Shown in pieces: positions 1-13,690 of a stretch of DNA of 64,000 bases. Under the pieces are notes generated by a model. That model did no database searches and was not told the origin of the DNA. It was given only the letters and a program-made list of their open reading frames with translations. The position numbers and the translations under genes are program-made. Each line of letters starts with the position of its first letter. The first letter of the stretch is position 1. The DNA comes from Oopsacas minuta (taxonomy: Eukaryota; Animalia; Porifera), in NCBI GenBank assembly GCA_024704765.1, contig JAKMXF010000297.1, forward strand, positions 473,285 through 537,284, given 5' to 3'.

Positions 1-1131
1 ACTTCTTTGTCGTCAATTGTAGTTATTGGTCTTGTAGTAGCATATCGTTTAAGCATTAACTGATGGATAGTGTTACTAATTACTGCACTGAGATATCTTG
101 CGGAACAAAATATCCATAGTAGGGCCCAAACTGTCCAGGGGGCTCACACGTATATTTGCTCTTAGCTCTATAAGGTGTACCTAGCCAGGAGTGGGATGGG
201 TCTAAGCTCCCCCTGCCCCCGGTTTCGGCGTCTATACAAGTAATACAGATAGTAATCATCCAATCTAGTCCAGGCTAGATTGACTAATCACATTCCAACG
301 GATTTGCTAGTAATCAATGATGAATATCCTGCATTAATGCAAAACGATGATATAAGAGAAGAGCTATAGTCAGAGCACTGAGTGAACTTTGTGGATGCTA
401 AAACTAACATCTTAGAATTTAGATTACTTTGAATTTCTCCAGACATCCTTTCTCTATAATTAAATAAAAAGTCCAGACGACAGGTGGTAGTAAAGCTTAA
501 AGGTAAATTTCTAACCAATACTACAAATATTAATATCATTATACATGCCAGAGTACCTCTGGCTAGTTGAAACGTAATATCTGGCATCTTTTGAAATATT
601 TGCCAAAAGTGTGAAAATATGAGTAATAAATCTGTGTAATTGTAAATTTCATGCCAAACCTCGAATCGACTCGTAACACCTAATTAGCTCTGACAATATA
701 TTAAAGCCTAATTTATAGTATCAGCTAAAAAGTTTTGAGTATTTCACTTTAGGAAACTATTAAGCTAAATTGAGAATATATATATTACTGTCACGATTTA
801 CTAATTTCTCTATGAAATACTACTAAATTCTCCAATCGCCCGATATGCGATAACATATTGAAATACACTGATAATGTAGAAGTTAGGTTGCTATAAGTGC
901 AGAGGAGGAGTTGACTCTCATTTGGCAATACATAAATACATACACATAATTACAAAAGTAAAAGTCAAGGTGAAGAATTTTACACACCTCTTCCATCACA
1001 CAAAGCAATGGAGTAAAACTGGAGAAATAAACATTAGTAGAAAGCTATAAATTCATAAACGTTGAAATGGGTTGTTGGGGTGGGTAGAGAGGAAGGCGTA
1101 GCTCACGGTCTAAATAGTTACGTTATTTTAG

Positions 1132-4100
1132 TTAAGAATGGCTATGACTTGCGTTAGGAATGAAAGCATTTTTAATTGAGCTAATGACAGACTTTAACCA
1201 TCGTGTTCTTTCACTCTCAGATTCTACATAGAAGGTATGATCTTTTGATTCTTTTCCATTTCCTTCTGGAGCGAATAAATGAAAAAAATTCCGAGGTCCA
1301 GTGGTGTCACCTTCCTGTACTCGGTAGCCGAATAAGTGGAGGACATCTTCTGCAATCGTGTCTGACATTTTAGTATACACAAACAACTGAGCATTCTTCA
1401 AAACACAATACCTATAAAGCATGCATAAAACTCTAGATATCAAAGCACAGGGAAACACGCATATTCAATTTTCTATTTCGAGACTTCGATAAAAGCAAGC
1501 ATTTTGACAAATCACTTTAGATAATCAAGAATCTATATTAGTAAATCACAATGATTGTCTGTTTGTTTGTTTGTTTGTTTGTTTGTCCGTTGTCAAGGAA
1601 GGATTTACGGTATGCAATTTTGAAATTCTCGCACAACTATGTATTAATCGTGTTTATCAAGGAAGTAAATAGAATTCAATAAAACTTCACTAAATTTATC
1701 GAACATGCTGAATCCGATTTTCACACTTTTGGATTAATTATGTGTAAATCTATTGTTGTTTGTATGAAAATAAAGTAAACAACTTATCCAAATTTCAAAA
1801 TATACGTATAGGTTTGCTCTAAACGGCTACCCAGGGGTAAGTAAGTACGCTAAATCCGAATTTCGTATTTTCAAGTTTCTTATATGTAAATTATTGTTGT
1901 TTTTATGAATATAAAGTAAACAAATTTCAAAATTGAGGTAGAATCATATTTTCAAAGACTATTCTATGATAATCGAGTATGCTGAGTCCGAATATGGTAT
2001 TGCAAACAACATATTGTGAATATTAGTTATTTTTATGTACATAAAGTAAACAAATTTCAAAATTGAGGTAGAATCATACTTTCAACGACTATACTGAGTC
2101 TGAATATTGTGAACAACATCAATATTATTAAATCTCAATTGTTGTTTGTCCGTTCAATACCTCGAGGCGCAATGCGCCGAGTTCATCGCGAAGCGACGAG
2201 CCAAAGACTCGTGAATATCAAACTTTGGATAGTGCAGCGTACTTTCTTGAGCAGAATATAATCTGTGAAGATCTTATTCAAATTTGCAAGTGCGGCAAGT
2301 CCAAATATAATTATTTACAACAAAAATCAGAGTCAGTAAAACAGAAAACTTAAATTCGTCATGCAGATGATATGCGATTCTAGTGAAATGCATACATTAC
2401 ATAATTTGTGTATACTTAAGTGAAATTACTAACCATAAGGACACAATTAAGCTAAATATCTATGCAAGATGATAATAAACCAAGAATTGATAGTATAGAT
2501 AATAGTGCTGTGATATCTATGATGGTGTTTTGGGGATGAACTGAAATATGTTAAACCAGTCATAATAGAAATTTTAATGATAAGCTACAGCCAGTCATAA
2601 TAGAAATATGTTATACAAACCGCAAATCTTAATAAGCGAAGTCGATTGTACATACTAATATCTTACCTTCTCTTCCAAGACCAGAGTCCACTACTCCTAA
2701 ACAATACCCCATGCATGTCGGGTTTCTTAATAGAGAGAGCGCTGTATGCTACATTAGGCATACAGGGAGCTATAATATAATCTCGATTCTCATCCTGGTA
2801 TTCTGCAGCGTCTGCCATTGCCTGAGCCCAGTTAATCATTTGGTGTTCTGTATCACAGCTGAAGCAGTAAGGACGCCCTCCACCTTTCTTAACATTAAAA
2901 GAATAAACTCGTTTCACATCAAAAGACTTGGAAACTACATATCCATCTAGTATGATAGCACCCAGAGCACCCTTGTCTCCTTTGCCCTTGTAATAGTACA
3001 GAATACGATCTTCTCTTAGCACAAACCTAATATATTACAATAGTATACCCGCTGTCGTAAGATATGAATAATTGTTATGCAAAATTACATATCTAGCCAG
3101 GGGCGTGATGTTGTTTGGGGGCCATGTGCGATTCCATTCAGAGGGGCTTTTGTGCAATAGTCGGTTCAGTCGTCCTCGGGGTCCCAAAGTGGACTCCGCA
3201 TGACCCCAAAGGGGACCCAAACAGGAATCCCGCATGGAATGTATAATAAAACTAAATAAGTACTAGCTGAATTACAAGGCTCATTGGAAACGATGATTTC
3301 ACCAAAATTCGAGTGTATTTACCACGCAAAAAGCTTTTGGAAGAAAAAAGAATAAATTAATAGTATACTGTGCAGTGCTTAATGTGCCAATTCTATTGTA
3401 AAAAGACTTTGTGAGATTCTAACTCAAAAGTCTCTATTATTGTCTTCGTGTTAGAGCTACATGACAGTATATATGCTTAAGCTTTCAAGGAAATAACAAA
3501 CCATCTCTTCTTCCAAGTTTTCTTCCCGTTGAGCAGATACAAGTATCCGTCTAATAGAGGGTTGTTAGTAGGGGTACCTAGTTGTAGAGGCATACTAGGA
3601 GATTTGCTTATTGAGATACCAGCCTTTACTTTCAGTCTTAATGTGTAGTCTACTGGGATAGATAGGAGTAGTTCTACAACCTAGAAACAATTTATAATTA
3701 CAAATCTCATCTATTTCACAAAACTAGAGACAATAAAATTAGAAAAATTTGGAATGAGATTTTGAATTGGAAAAGCTGGTAAAGTCTTAATCTTTATCTG
3801 GAGGGCATGTTACGCGATACTGTGATTATTATCAAGAGTGGAGTCTGAACATTCAAAATTATTACATATAGGTTCCATAAAGTCATCATATAATTATAAA
3901 ACGGACATCCTTTACAATATTAAATCCAGGGAATTGGAGAAAATATTCAGGGAAACAGTTATAAGTGGTTGGTAAGTATGATATATTTACAACAGAATGT
4001 TCATTTTACTAACGAAATTTCGAATTAGAGAAGTCAGATAAGTATTGTAAATCGCCAAACATCTATCGATTGACAACATCACGAATAACATGCATAAATA

Positions 4101-7100
4101 TTATTCCATATTTCCCTGAATAAGGGCCAGGGGTTAGAAAAACGTTCCTAAACTTGTAAATAATATTTTATCAACATGCTCTAGAAGAATATTTGTTGAA
4201 ATTTACACCACATTTGACCAAGCAACAAATTATGATAATTAGTTTCCTAAACCTTTTGTATTTTCCCAAAATTGAAAAAAAATTGGACGAAAATCACCCG
4301 AGGGCTATGAGCAATACAATATGTGAGAATTAAATTAGATACCCAGTGCTAATTAGATTAATGGGAATATGCTAAGAGTCAAGTTTCTATGAATATAATG
4401 AGACCTAATAACTAGGACTCAAATCTTTTGATCTACAAATAGTAAAAGCATATCAATTATTACATAATATTACCTGTCTATGAGTGAGATTGCAGACTTC
4501 TTGGTCGTTAATAGTGATTATGATGTCTCCAGCGATCAAACCAGCATTACTAGCTATAGATTTATCCTCTAACTCTACGACAGTATCTCCTATTCCCGCG
4601 ATTCGAGATAAAGTGAAGCCATATTGAGCTTGAGTGCGAAGAATGCACACCTGCAAGAGTATCAGGTTTTAATAGAGCAACTAATTAAGTAACAATTAGA
4701 AATTTATTATCCGAAATAGAAGCTATTATGGAGTTCTTGCCCTTGTGATCTGTATAATTGAGAAATAATTATATATAATGATACTCTCGTGCATTGAATT
4801 CCACAACTGGATGATTTGTTCTCAAATAATTATCTTTTTCAATAATATCAAATTCAATTAAGACACTTCAAGTACGTATTACAAATAGCCACCAGGTGTT
4901 GTTTTGTTATATTATTAATTAATTAATATTGATTTGCACAGTAATATGACAAGGTTACAAAAATGGAATTCTACACTTATCAAATACAGTCAAACTGCTT
5001 AACGGCCATCTCTGTATAACGGTCACCTAAAAACATTCCCCTCCGATTTAGCATTATAATGACCTCTCTATAACAGCCACTATTTTTGGTCTCTTGCTAG
5101 CGCAAAACCTCTATTCAACGGCCACCTTTGGCCAGTCCCTTCGGTGGCCGTTATAGACAAGTTTGACTGTATAAATCATCACTTAATATGTATTCAAATT
5201 GAAGGATAAACATGAACATAAATATACAAAATTGACAATCAGCTTAAGTACACAGACTCACCAAACTTTCATATATGGATGATATATTAATTAATTAAAT
5301 AAAGTAATCGTTTTCCGCGAATGTGATGATTATATGCAAGTGCTGTGGATATATACAGACGTATTGTATAGATCTATGTTGATTAGAGATAAGTTGAATC
5401 ATAGGAGATATCCACAAATAAAGTTGTCAAACATTCGATCATCTGAAACAATATTTATATTCAAAGTATCCACATATTATTTCGCAGTTTTGCATAAATG
5501 AAAGAAGGGAAAAATATTGGGGATTACAATTCAGGGATAATTGATAGGTATGTGCACGACGGCCATATATATACTCGGCACTTCGTGCCTCGGATTTAGC
5601 CTAAAGTTATAACACTAAATTTTCTTATCGTAAAGCGGATGTTTTCCTTAGCCTAATTAATAATTTAATATTGTACTTCAAACCAAAATAAATATACTAC
5701 GTACTATAGTTTCTATCTAAACTGACCTAGTGTACTCTAAACCTAAACCCTGTTGTACATCGGAATGTAACGTAAGTAATTGTTCCTACCCATTATTACA
5801 TGTACTAGAAATATGGGAATAAACGAAGAAACCACCTTTTGTATAATAAAATTTTTGATATTTAGCTTTATAGTACAAATATATAATTCCTAGAAATAAT
5901 TAAAATAAGATATCAACACAGAATTATTTGAATTATTTAAAAAATAATGATATTATGTAATAACATTAATTATAGCCATTATAGTCGAATCAGCTTTATC
6001 GGATACTCAAGGAGTTAAGCTACGGATTCATGCAAGAGTATACGAACCTACATAATTTCGTAAGAAAAACCATGGGTAATAGGTATGAGCAAGCTGACAT
6101 AGGAAACTAATAGAGAATACTCAGGGAGACTTTCAAGGAAGGATTCCGAACCAGCCCATATAGGTATAACGCAAAAATAATAGTTATTCGAAAACTCAGC
6201 TTAATTGGGACAAATTCAAAGGAAAAGGGTTCTAATAATCAGATTCAACTGTGTTTCTCTAAAGCGATAATGTAATTGTTACTGTTTTCCTTTCTCATAT
6301 AATGGCCATGCTTATATCTACAAACCAGATTTGGAACTGGGTTCGGGTTCGATGTTGTTCATTTCGGACTTAGCAAATTGTGAATTACAGTCATAACATT
6401 CTAATTGTTGAAATTATTCATTTAAAATGCAGAAAAAAATATCAACAGAAGTCTAAACTCTTCATATATCATATGGAACTCACTAGAGGTCTAGAGCAGT
6501 GATTCTCATTTCTCAACAACGGGCCGAAATTGAGGTCTTTTAATGTTACTAACTTTAATGACATTAAATTTTACCCGAATCCTTAATTGGACCTCAATTC
6601 TGGTAAATTAAAATCCTGTAAATGGACATTTTAATGTTACAAGCGTGCTTTGCTTGCTAGGTTGCTTCACGACGCGAGGCGCCTGCATAATAATCGCTTC
6701 AAAAATTCAGAAAAACTCCGTTGGTGGGGTAGCAAGGGATTGAAAATTGTACAACTATGATGAGTCGCGAACCACTGGCCCAGAGAGGATTTTGAGTTAT
6801 TATCTACACTTATATACACTTCGGGTTCTTGGGTTGGGTTGGGTTGGGTTGGATAGGGCTTTGAAAAGTGGACCGGATTCCTCCTCTGCTAGAAACAAAG
6901 AAATAAACTTCTGCTGTCATCATTGATGACCCAAGATGGCTTCAAGTATTATTACCAAGTTAGCATATCAACAATTGGGGACACTGCATTTGTTCGAATT
7001 AGCACATTATCATCTGTTCGAAATACGAGCTTTCTATTTTTTGGGCTAATATATTCCTATGCTGTCATTTGTTGGGCTAATATAATCCTATGCTGTCATT

Positions 7101-10100
7101 TGTTGGGCTAATATAATCCTATGCTGTCATTTGTTCGTTATCAAGAGTGAAACTCTATATAATGAGTTTAACACATTTAACCGATATATTGCAGACACGG
7201 CTGAAGCAATAGATATCATTTCCCTAGATGCTTCCCAATTCTTTGGGGGCAAACAAAGACCTAGTTGCAAATTGCAATACCTCCAGGTCTGATTTGTGTT
7301 GTTAACTCACTCACAACCCACTCATTCAACTCATTCAAGAAAATGAGTTGATACAGCCCTGCCCTCTCACTTTAGTGTATACATGTTTGTGTTAATGCTT
7401 CATAATGTAGTTACAGTTCAAATCATATTACTAGTGTGAAATATTATGAAATAGTATTTAAACATTTACGTACCTCTCTAAGGTTATTTATAACTGAAGA
7501 TCTGGGTTCCATTGATTTAGAGAAATTTTCCTTTTCTTTGTGTTTAGATCTGAAGCTACTCCGCATGCGGTAGAGAGTATCCCAGCCAGAAGAACCCAAC
7601 ATCTCTAAACTGTCACTATCATACTCCTCAGAATCCTGACCTGATACCCCAGACATGTAACTAGCTTGTCTCCGGTGTAAATTCTCCTCTGTTAATGTAC
7701 ACTCTAGTTTACAAGAAGATTCTAAAGTCTTCCGAGGAGATCTAGGACTCTCAGTATGAGGAGGGATAATATCTGAATATTTTTTGCGAGGAGAACTATC
7801 ATAATTCACAATGTTGTTTGTGTCGTATGCAATGAATCCATGGTCAGAGCTATAGAAATAATATTAACATAACATATAGCAATAATCAATACTGGCCCAC
7901 TACACATTAATCGGTACAATAATAATCATACGATAGAACTCGGTTAGTACGTGCTCGGCTCAATACATCCTCTCTCAGTCTCTGTTAGTACGTACATTTA
8001 TCCAAAATTATCAATTCTTGTACTAATTGTATCGAATAATATGTAAGTACTTCAGGTATGTACTAAATTTTGTTCCCCGAGGAGGTACGTGTTCTTCGAG
8101 TTCCACTGCAAATATCTTAAATATAATAATCCTACCGATAAGGAGAAGGGATAGAATCTTGTAATGGAGACGAGTGCTCGCATAGAGTTGAGTGAGAATT
8201 TTTTCGATCTTCTGAGTATTTGTTAGAAGTTACACTTGTAGAGATACGGGGAGCAGCGGAAGCTGTTCGTCTGAAATGTTAAAAAGATAGAAATAAAAAC
8301 TAATTTGTTGAGGAACAAATCAACATTGTATATTCGATAATAATTTGAAAATGTTGCTTATAGAGTAGTTAATCTTGGTCCTGAAAGTTATGGAAAACAT
8401 GAAGTCCTATAAGCCAGAGTGGATGCATAGAGATATCTAAGCGGAATTAACTAAGCGTAGGCAATTGTATGTAATTACAGTAGTATATAACAAAAGGTGA
8501 CAGAGTATCCTACAACCACACAGCGGCGAGGCTAGGGGGCTAAGCCCCACAAATAGAAATTTAGCCCCACTCAACTACTCAATTTTTTGGATATTCTCTT
8601 AACTAATTAAAAATATAATATATCATCTATAACAAATTTCTTTTTTGCAGAGCAAGCCCCCAGACTCGCTCGAACAATACACAGTTCCTAGCGGCCAGAT
8701 TTCTGGATCCGCTAGCCAACTGGTTTTGCTCCATGCCTCGGAGCTACAGCCCCCTCAAACAAGAAAGGCAAGCCTCGCGCCAGCAAGCGCCCATATACAA
8801 CTTAAGACGTTCTACCTCTAATTAATTAAGAGTGTTAGACAATTCAAGAGCAAGGAGAATATATTAGGCCCCTCATAACATCGTAATCTAATCTGAATAT
8901 ACAATACAATAAATTAGCAACGATATGACATATCATGCAATATAAGGAATTATGTAAAACATAACCATCTCTGTCAGTTACTAAATGCTGTAGTGTGACG
9001 AATGTATTTATTGATCAAAGAAGCAGTAAATCCCGTTTACAACACCTGAAACCAATATCTTATATTTGATACCTAATCACATGAATATGCTGTTGGTATG
9101 CAACTACAGTAGAACTCAGTTAGTACGCTAAATTTGATTACCAAGGGGGCACGTCCATTCCGAGATCTACTCTAATATACAAGTCACCTGAATTGTAGTC
9201 CGGGGAGAGCAGAAAGAGAAACTCCAGTACATGACGTGTCGGTCAGTTGGTTCTGTTTAATCGAAGAGTTCTCCATGTTGTGTATACAAAGCTGGTCAAT
9301 ATCTGAGAGAGTGTGGGTTTGAGGCTTTTGCTCAAGGCCAAGTCCTGAATCATTCCGGTAGAATCCAAGTTTTTCCGGTCGCTGTCCCGTGCTAGAGTTA
9401 GAGCTGGCTGTTGAGCGTTGCGTACTGAGACCAGAGTCCTGTGGGCGTGTACAAGAAATAAGAAACGAGAGGGGAGAAGTATCCATTATTAATTGCTAAT
9501 GTAGAACATTAAATACAAATTGCAGGCTATTGATAAAATCACAGTATATGAACTTTTGAATGAGCACAGCAAAGCGCATTGACAGGCTTAATGGAATGTT
9601 CTGCGATTAGGCAATTAGGATTCAAATGGAATCATGCAATTGTTAGAATAATTAGCATCCTATAAATACTGGTACCATTTAACTGGATTTGTGTAAGAAT
9701 AATTTCAAATATTTGGATTCCTCGAAAACAATATTTTTGGACACCCCATGAAGTTGACGAAATTAGTAATGAATTTAAGAGATAGCATAGAAATACATCG
9801 CTTATAGAAATAAGCATACATTCCACATATCTATAGAATGTTACCATAGAAGTTGTAGGACGGTGAATGAAATTATGAACTTCTATTTAAACAGTAAAAC
9901 AGCTATCAATAACAAAATCATACCTGAGAAGCTGTCCTATGACAAGTCTTTTTCTCTGGAATACCAGGAGACTTAGGAAGTTCTGTTTTGGAGTTATGAG
10001 GCAATCTGTAAGGGGGCAGTACAGGGCTGGGGGAGCTGAGGTTAGCTACCAAATCTATATTCTGTCTGTTGGGTACGTGCATAGGATGATAGGCAGGCGT

Positions 10101-10154
10101 CTGTTTATACTGAGTAAGAGATGTATCTGTAGTGACGTTATTGTAATCCATCAT
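1132..10154 (-). CDS. PDZ + tandem PH domain adaptor (PDZPH1-like architecture), 8 exons, about 681 aa
   Basis: Exons 10154-9924, 9495-9188, 8270-8136, 7849-7474, 4650-4474, 3680-3502, 3026-2667, 1411-1132. All are GT-AG with matching phases and total 2046 nt. PDZ: QYGFTL...IASNAGLIAGDIIITINDQEV. PH1: GYLYLLNGKKTWKKRWFVLREDRILYYYK...FSCDTEHQMINWAQAM. PH2: GVLFRSSGLWSWKRRYCVLKNAQL...ESESERTRWLKSV. Ser/Pro-rich N-terminal half. Confidence 0.85.
1532..2211 (+). mobile_element. Non-autonomous Helitron-like element in last intron
   Basis: 5' A|TCTATA followed by (GTTT)n microsatellite; about three internal ~130-bp subrepeats (gctgaatccga...aaagtaaacaaat); subterminal GC hairpins; 3' end CTCG|T; sits in an AT dinucleotide with no TSD. 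Confidence 0.7.
4987..5169. mobile_element. pogo/Tc1-like MITE
   Basis: TA|CAGTCAAAC...GTTTGACTG|TA with internal aacggcca/tggccgtt subrepeats. Confidence 0.75.
6781..6887. repeat. Short element with (GGGTT)4 tract
   Basis: Imperfect ends cagagagga / tcctcctctg; GGGTT x4 at 6831-6850; no TSD seen. Confidence 0.4.
7041..7135. repeat. 31-bp tandem repeat, about 3 copies
   Basis: Unit ttgggctaatataatcctatgctgtcatttg; one substitution in copy 1. Confidence 0.9.
8521..8782. mobile_element. GC-rich MITE-like element
   Basis: Imperfect TIR cagcggcgaggct / agcctcgcgccag; GC-rich island within an AT-rich intron. Confidence 0.45.
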
Positions 10155-10755
10155 ATTCCAATTTAATTAAGCAATTCTAATTTCTGCAACTTAAATATGG
10201 ATAATGAAGCCTGAGTTTGCTTACTTTGTTATTAGAATACCAACTTAGCACTTCAATTGTTCAAGTACTATATTTAGCATTCTATGTTTCAGGATAATCA
10301 TGTTAAATTGCTCCCTAGAATGATCCAATTTAATTCAATGAAAAACACAAAAGATATCGAATACCTATTTGAGGTATGTATTAGGAATTTAATTTGCTAA
10401 TACGTACGTGTGTGATATGCAACTAAACACTGATAATGTATTTTAAGCAGGTATTTAAGGATTGTAAACTTTAGCCTAGCTATAGCAAAGGTGAATTCCA
10501 ATAATACATGCACCCAAATATTAGCTAATTAATTAACTCCTTTCAAGTAAAGTTCATCTAAACAGTACAACAATGTTGTCGTATTAGATATTAATGTGTA
10601 CTGATAGTTTCAGTGTATTATCTCGATCTATACACTACTCGCTTACTCACAATATATTTAGCTGTAGAAAATATATTTCCGTTGCAATTGAAAGAAATTA
10701 CACAACAACTACAAATGATAATAACTACATCTCATGTATACTGAATAGATTATTA

Positions 10756-13170
10756 TCACAATATATGTCTTATCAGTTCTGGGGATCGCTTAGCTAGTAC
10801 ATCCAGAATTTTCATTTTAATAGAATATCCTGATCCGGGAAGGATTCCGACAACACTTTTGATATTAGCGAGATGAGCTGAGTGGATAGATTCCGGAGGA
10901 TCTGAATAGAGATTAGCCTCCCAGCACTCTAATGCTTGATCCATGTGAGCTTGATAGTATAGACAGAATCCTATGTTGTTCATAGCTGATGAACATGGGG
11001 AAAGTTCTAGAACTCTTCTGAAGGTTTGTTCAGCTTGAGAGAAACGTCTTTCTGCGATCTCTAATAAACCACAAGCCATTAAGTAGCGAGGATATTGTTC
11101 AGGATTCTCTAGATTATCCTTAGCAATTTGTAACTCTTGAGTAGCAGCAGGAATGTTGCCGACGAGAATGTAAATCTAATAATAACTATCAATAAATATC
11201 ACAATGTAGAAATTGTATACGAATAAGTTACATAGATACAAGAATGCTCAATTGGTATTCACAGCTTTGTAGGAGATTAATAGAATTCAAGTGAAATATT
11301 TCCATCAATTCTCTGAATAAAATAGAGTAGGACCTGCATCCAAGGCCTCCTGGGTGCTCAACCCACTTACATTGACGGCGCTCTAAATATGGATATGGAG
11401 ATGGGGCAAAGCCAAAAGGCCAATCAAAATGTTGAATAAATATTCGCACAATCAAAATCGTGTTATATAACTTATATTACCCACTTATGCCAGATTTGCA
11501 TCCAAAAAATAAATATCATCGATATCCTATGGCTAAGGCATCCGGCATATCAATTTGAATATATAGGAAGATGGCAGTGTAAAGCTAGCGTCGTCACTTC
11601 ACCTATTACCATTATAAATATTAGACAGAGCTACAATATAACACTTAAATTGCAAGAGGACACCTCTTTCATCAAAGCTGGCGCCAGCCATTACTCTTGA
11701 ATATTAAACAAAATCAAAAAAGATATATTTTGTAGAGTACACAGTACTATGATATATAGCTATAGCTTACCCTACTCTTAATGATAGAACAATCTGCTAA
11801 CATAGCAGGCTGTTCCTTAGCCATGTTAGAGAATATTAGTCTAGCGTTATAATAGTCCTTCAAGGAAACGAAAGTGCTCCCAATAGCTAGAAAAATTCTG
11901 TTAATCCTCTTTTGCCAGAGATTGATACCTTTAGATTTTGCAAGTTCTGAAGCCTCCAATCCAAGAATGTGTTGTTTAACTCTCTGTGCAGTGTGTAATA
12001 GAAAGTAAAGCCTGTCTAGAGAACGTCTGTGTTGTCCTAGCAAATGTGGGAGAGATGAGTATAAGAGTACAAGCCCGAAAGGTACCATCCAACCACATTT
12101 GCCTCCATACCTATAACATCAATAAACAAATAATAGCAGTTTTAAGAAATTACATATTTAAGAGCTTTTTTCAATTTCAGGATTTTAATAAAATTAATTA
12201 AATCCACAAATAAATTAAAATTCAAAAAAATTATTTAATTATTCATTAATTAGAAATTGTAAGCAATCATAATATGTACCTGTCAGGATAGAATTCAAAA
12301 TACATATCAGGTCTGTCAAAGTTAGAACCTGCTAGTGCCTCTATCTCATCCTCCAGTTCCCGTTTCAATCCCAACTTAAGCATAAGGCTGAATCTAGCTA
12401 ACCACATCTGTAGAATTAGTGGAGAATACTCTACGTTGTTCTGTTTAGCACTGACAGAGCGTGTTTGTAGAATGAGGTCACGAGTTAGATGTAGTGCGTC
12501 AATATAGTTACCTACCCCTACTAGCTTCTCCAGCCCTCCAGATGTCACCTCTACTTCAGCGAGACAGATGCGGGGTTGATAACCTACTCTGATGTCATAG
12601 TCTGTCAGTCTGGATTCAATCTTGTGAGGAGCAATTGATTCATGACAGGTCAGGTCTTGAGGAATAGGATGCTGGTTTATGTACTTTCTCTGAGAATAAT
12701 TGAATAAAGATTACCGCTTACCAAGTAATTCTATATTGTATATACTAATACTCTTACCTGTTGCATAGCCTCTCTGGTGACAACTCCAGGAATCCATAGT
12801 GTAGAGTATATACTGTATTCGTCAGCAGTGAGCATGAAGTGAGGACATGTAGCATATTTATCACTCTTATTTGTGTGTATATTCTCATCATCAGAGCCAG
12901 AATCATGCGATGAGGGAGATACATCGGTTGGTATTAGTAAGCATTCTTGATTACTGTCTTGAATAGCGTCAGGAATAGTCATCATGGTATCTAGTTCCTC
13001 CAATTCAGATGTTGTCCTAACAATAGGAAGACTAGGCTTAGAAACAGGGTCTTCCTCATCAAGAGGATGTGTATCTGTTATCTCTGGGGTGTTAACATCA
13101 GAAAGGGGTAGCAAACCTTCTTTTGAAGGTGACGTTAGGATCACATCGGATTCTTGATCTCCATTGCCTA
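10756..13170 (-). CDS. TRAPPC12: Trafficking protein particle complex subunit 12 (TPR protein); exons 13170-12758, 12689-12280, 12110-11771, 11175-10756
   Basis: Motifs [68 protein letters not shown] and C-terminal TPRs (AMNNIGFCLYY). Splice phases are consistent. The true start is unresolved (see findings). Confidence 0.85.
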
Positions 13171-13690
13171 CTAAAGAGGATTTTTTAAAATAAAAACGTA
13201 GTAATAATCAGAATTTCCTTACAATTTCAAACAATAGCATAGAATTCTGGTCAGTTTGAAAACTAAATCTTTACACAATTTCTAAACACAAGTATACAGT
13301 CCAACCTCCGAATCCGGAATTCCAAGATCCGGCACCATTTTCCAAAAGGTTTGAAATTAATTTGACCATTTTCAGTTAATTTTCCTTTTAAGAGAGTTGT
13401 CTTTAGTTGTACATTTAATTTAATTTTGTAACTGAAAACCGTAAAACATCTAGCTACGTAATTCAAAAGCATTTCGAAATTTATCTTTTAAATATGCAGT
13501 AGATTCCGGTTATAAGAACATTATATGCAATTCCTGACGATGTTCTTATAACCGGCATTCACTGTGCTAATTTGATCTACTATAGAGTTATCGTTATTTC
13601 TGAGGCATCCTCCGGACGAGATTGCGCGGATCTCAAAGGTTCTGCCGTATCGAATTGATTAAATATTAATTAACATCGTATTATAAGAAA

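Noticed and set aside
288-587. 99-aa hydrophobic ORF
   Set aside because: No recognisable motif or splice partner. With a stop probability of about 7% per codon, several open stretches of this length are expected by chance in six frames of 64 kb.
3035-3235. 66-aa ORF as an exon of the PDZ-PH gene
   Set aside because: Exons 3680-3502 and 3026-2667 join directly to give KKRWFVL; this is a GC-rich intronic repeat.
6700-6790. tRNA or tRNA-derived SINE head on the minus strand
   Set aside because: Only degenerate A/B-box-like words; no cloverleaf can be drawn.
11228-11455. 75-aa ORF as a TRAPPC12 exon
   Set aside because: Exon 11771 splices in phase to 11175 and restores the conserved [11 protein letters not shown] segment without it.
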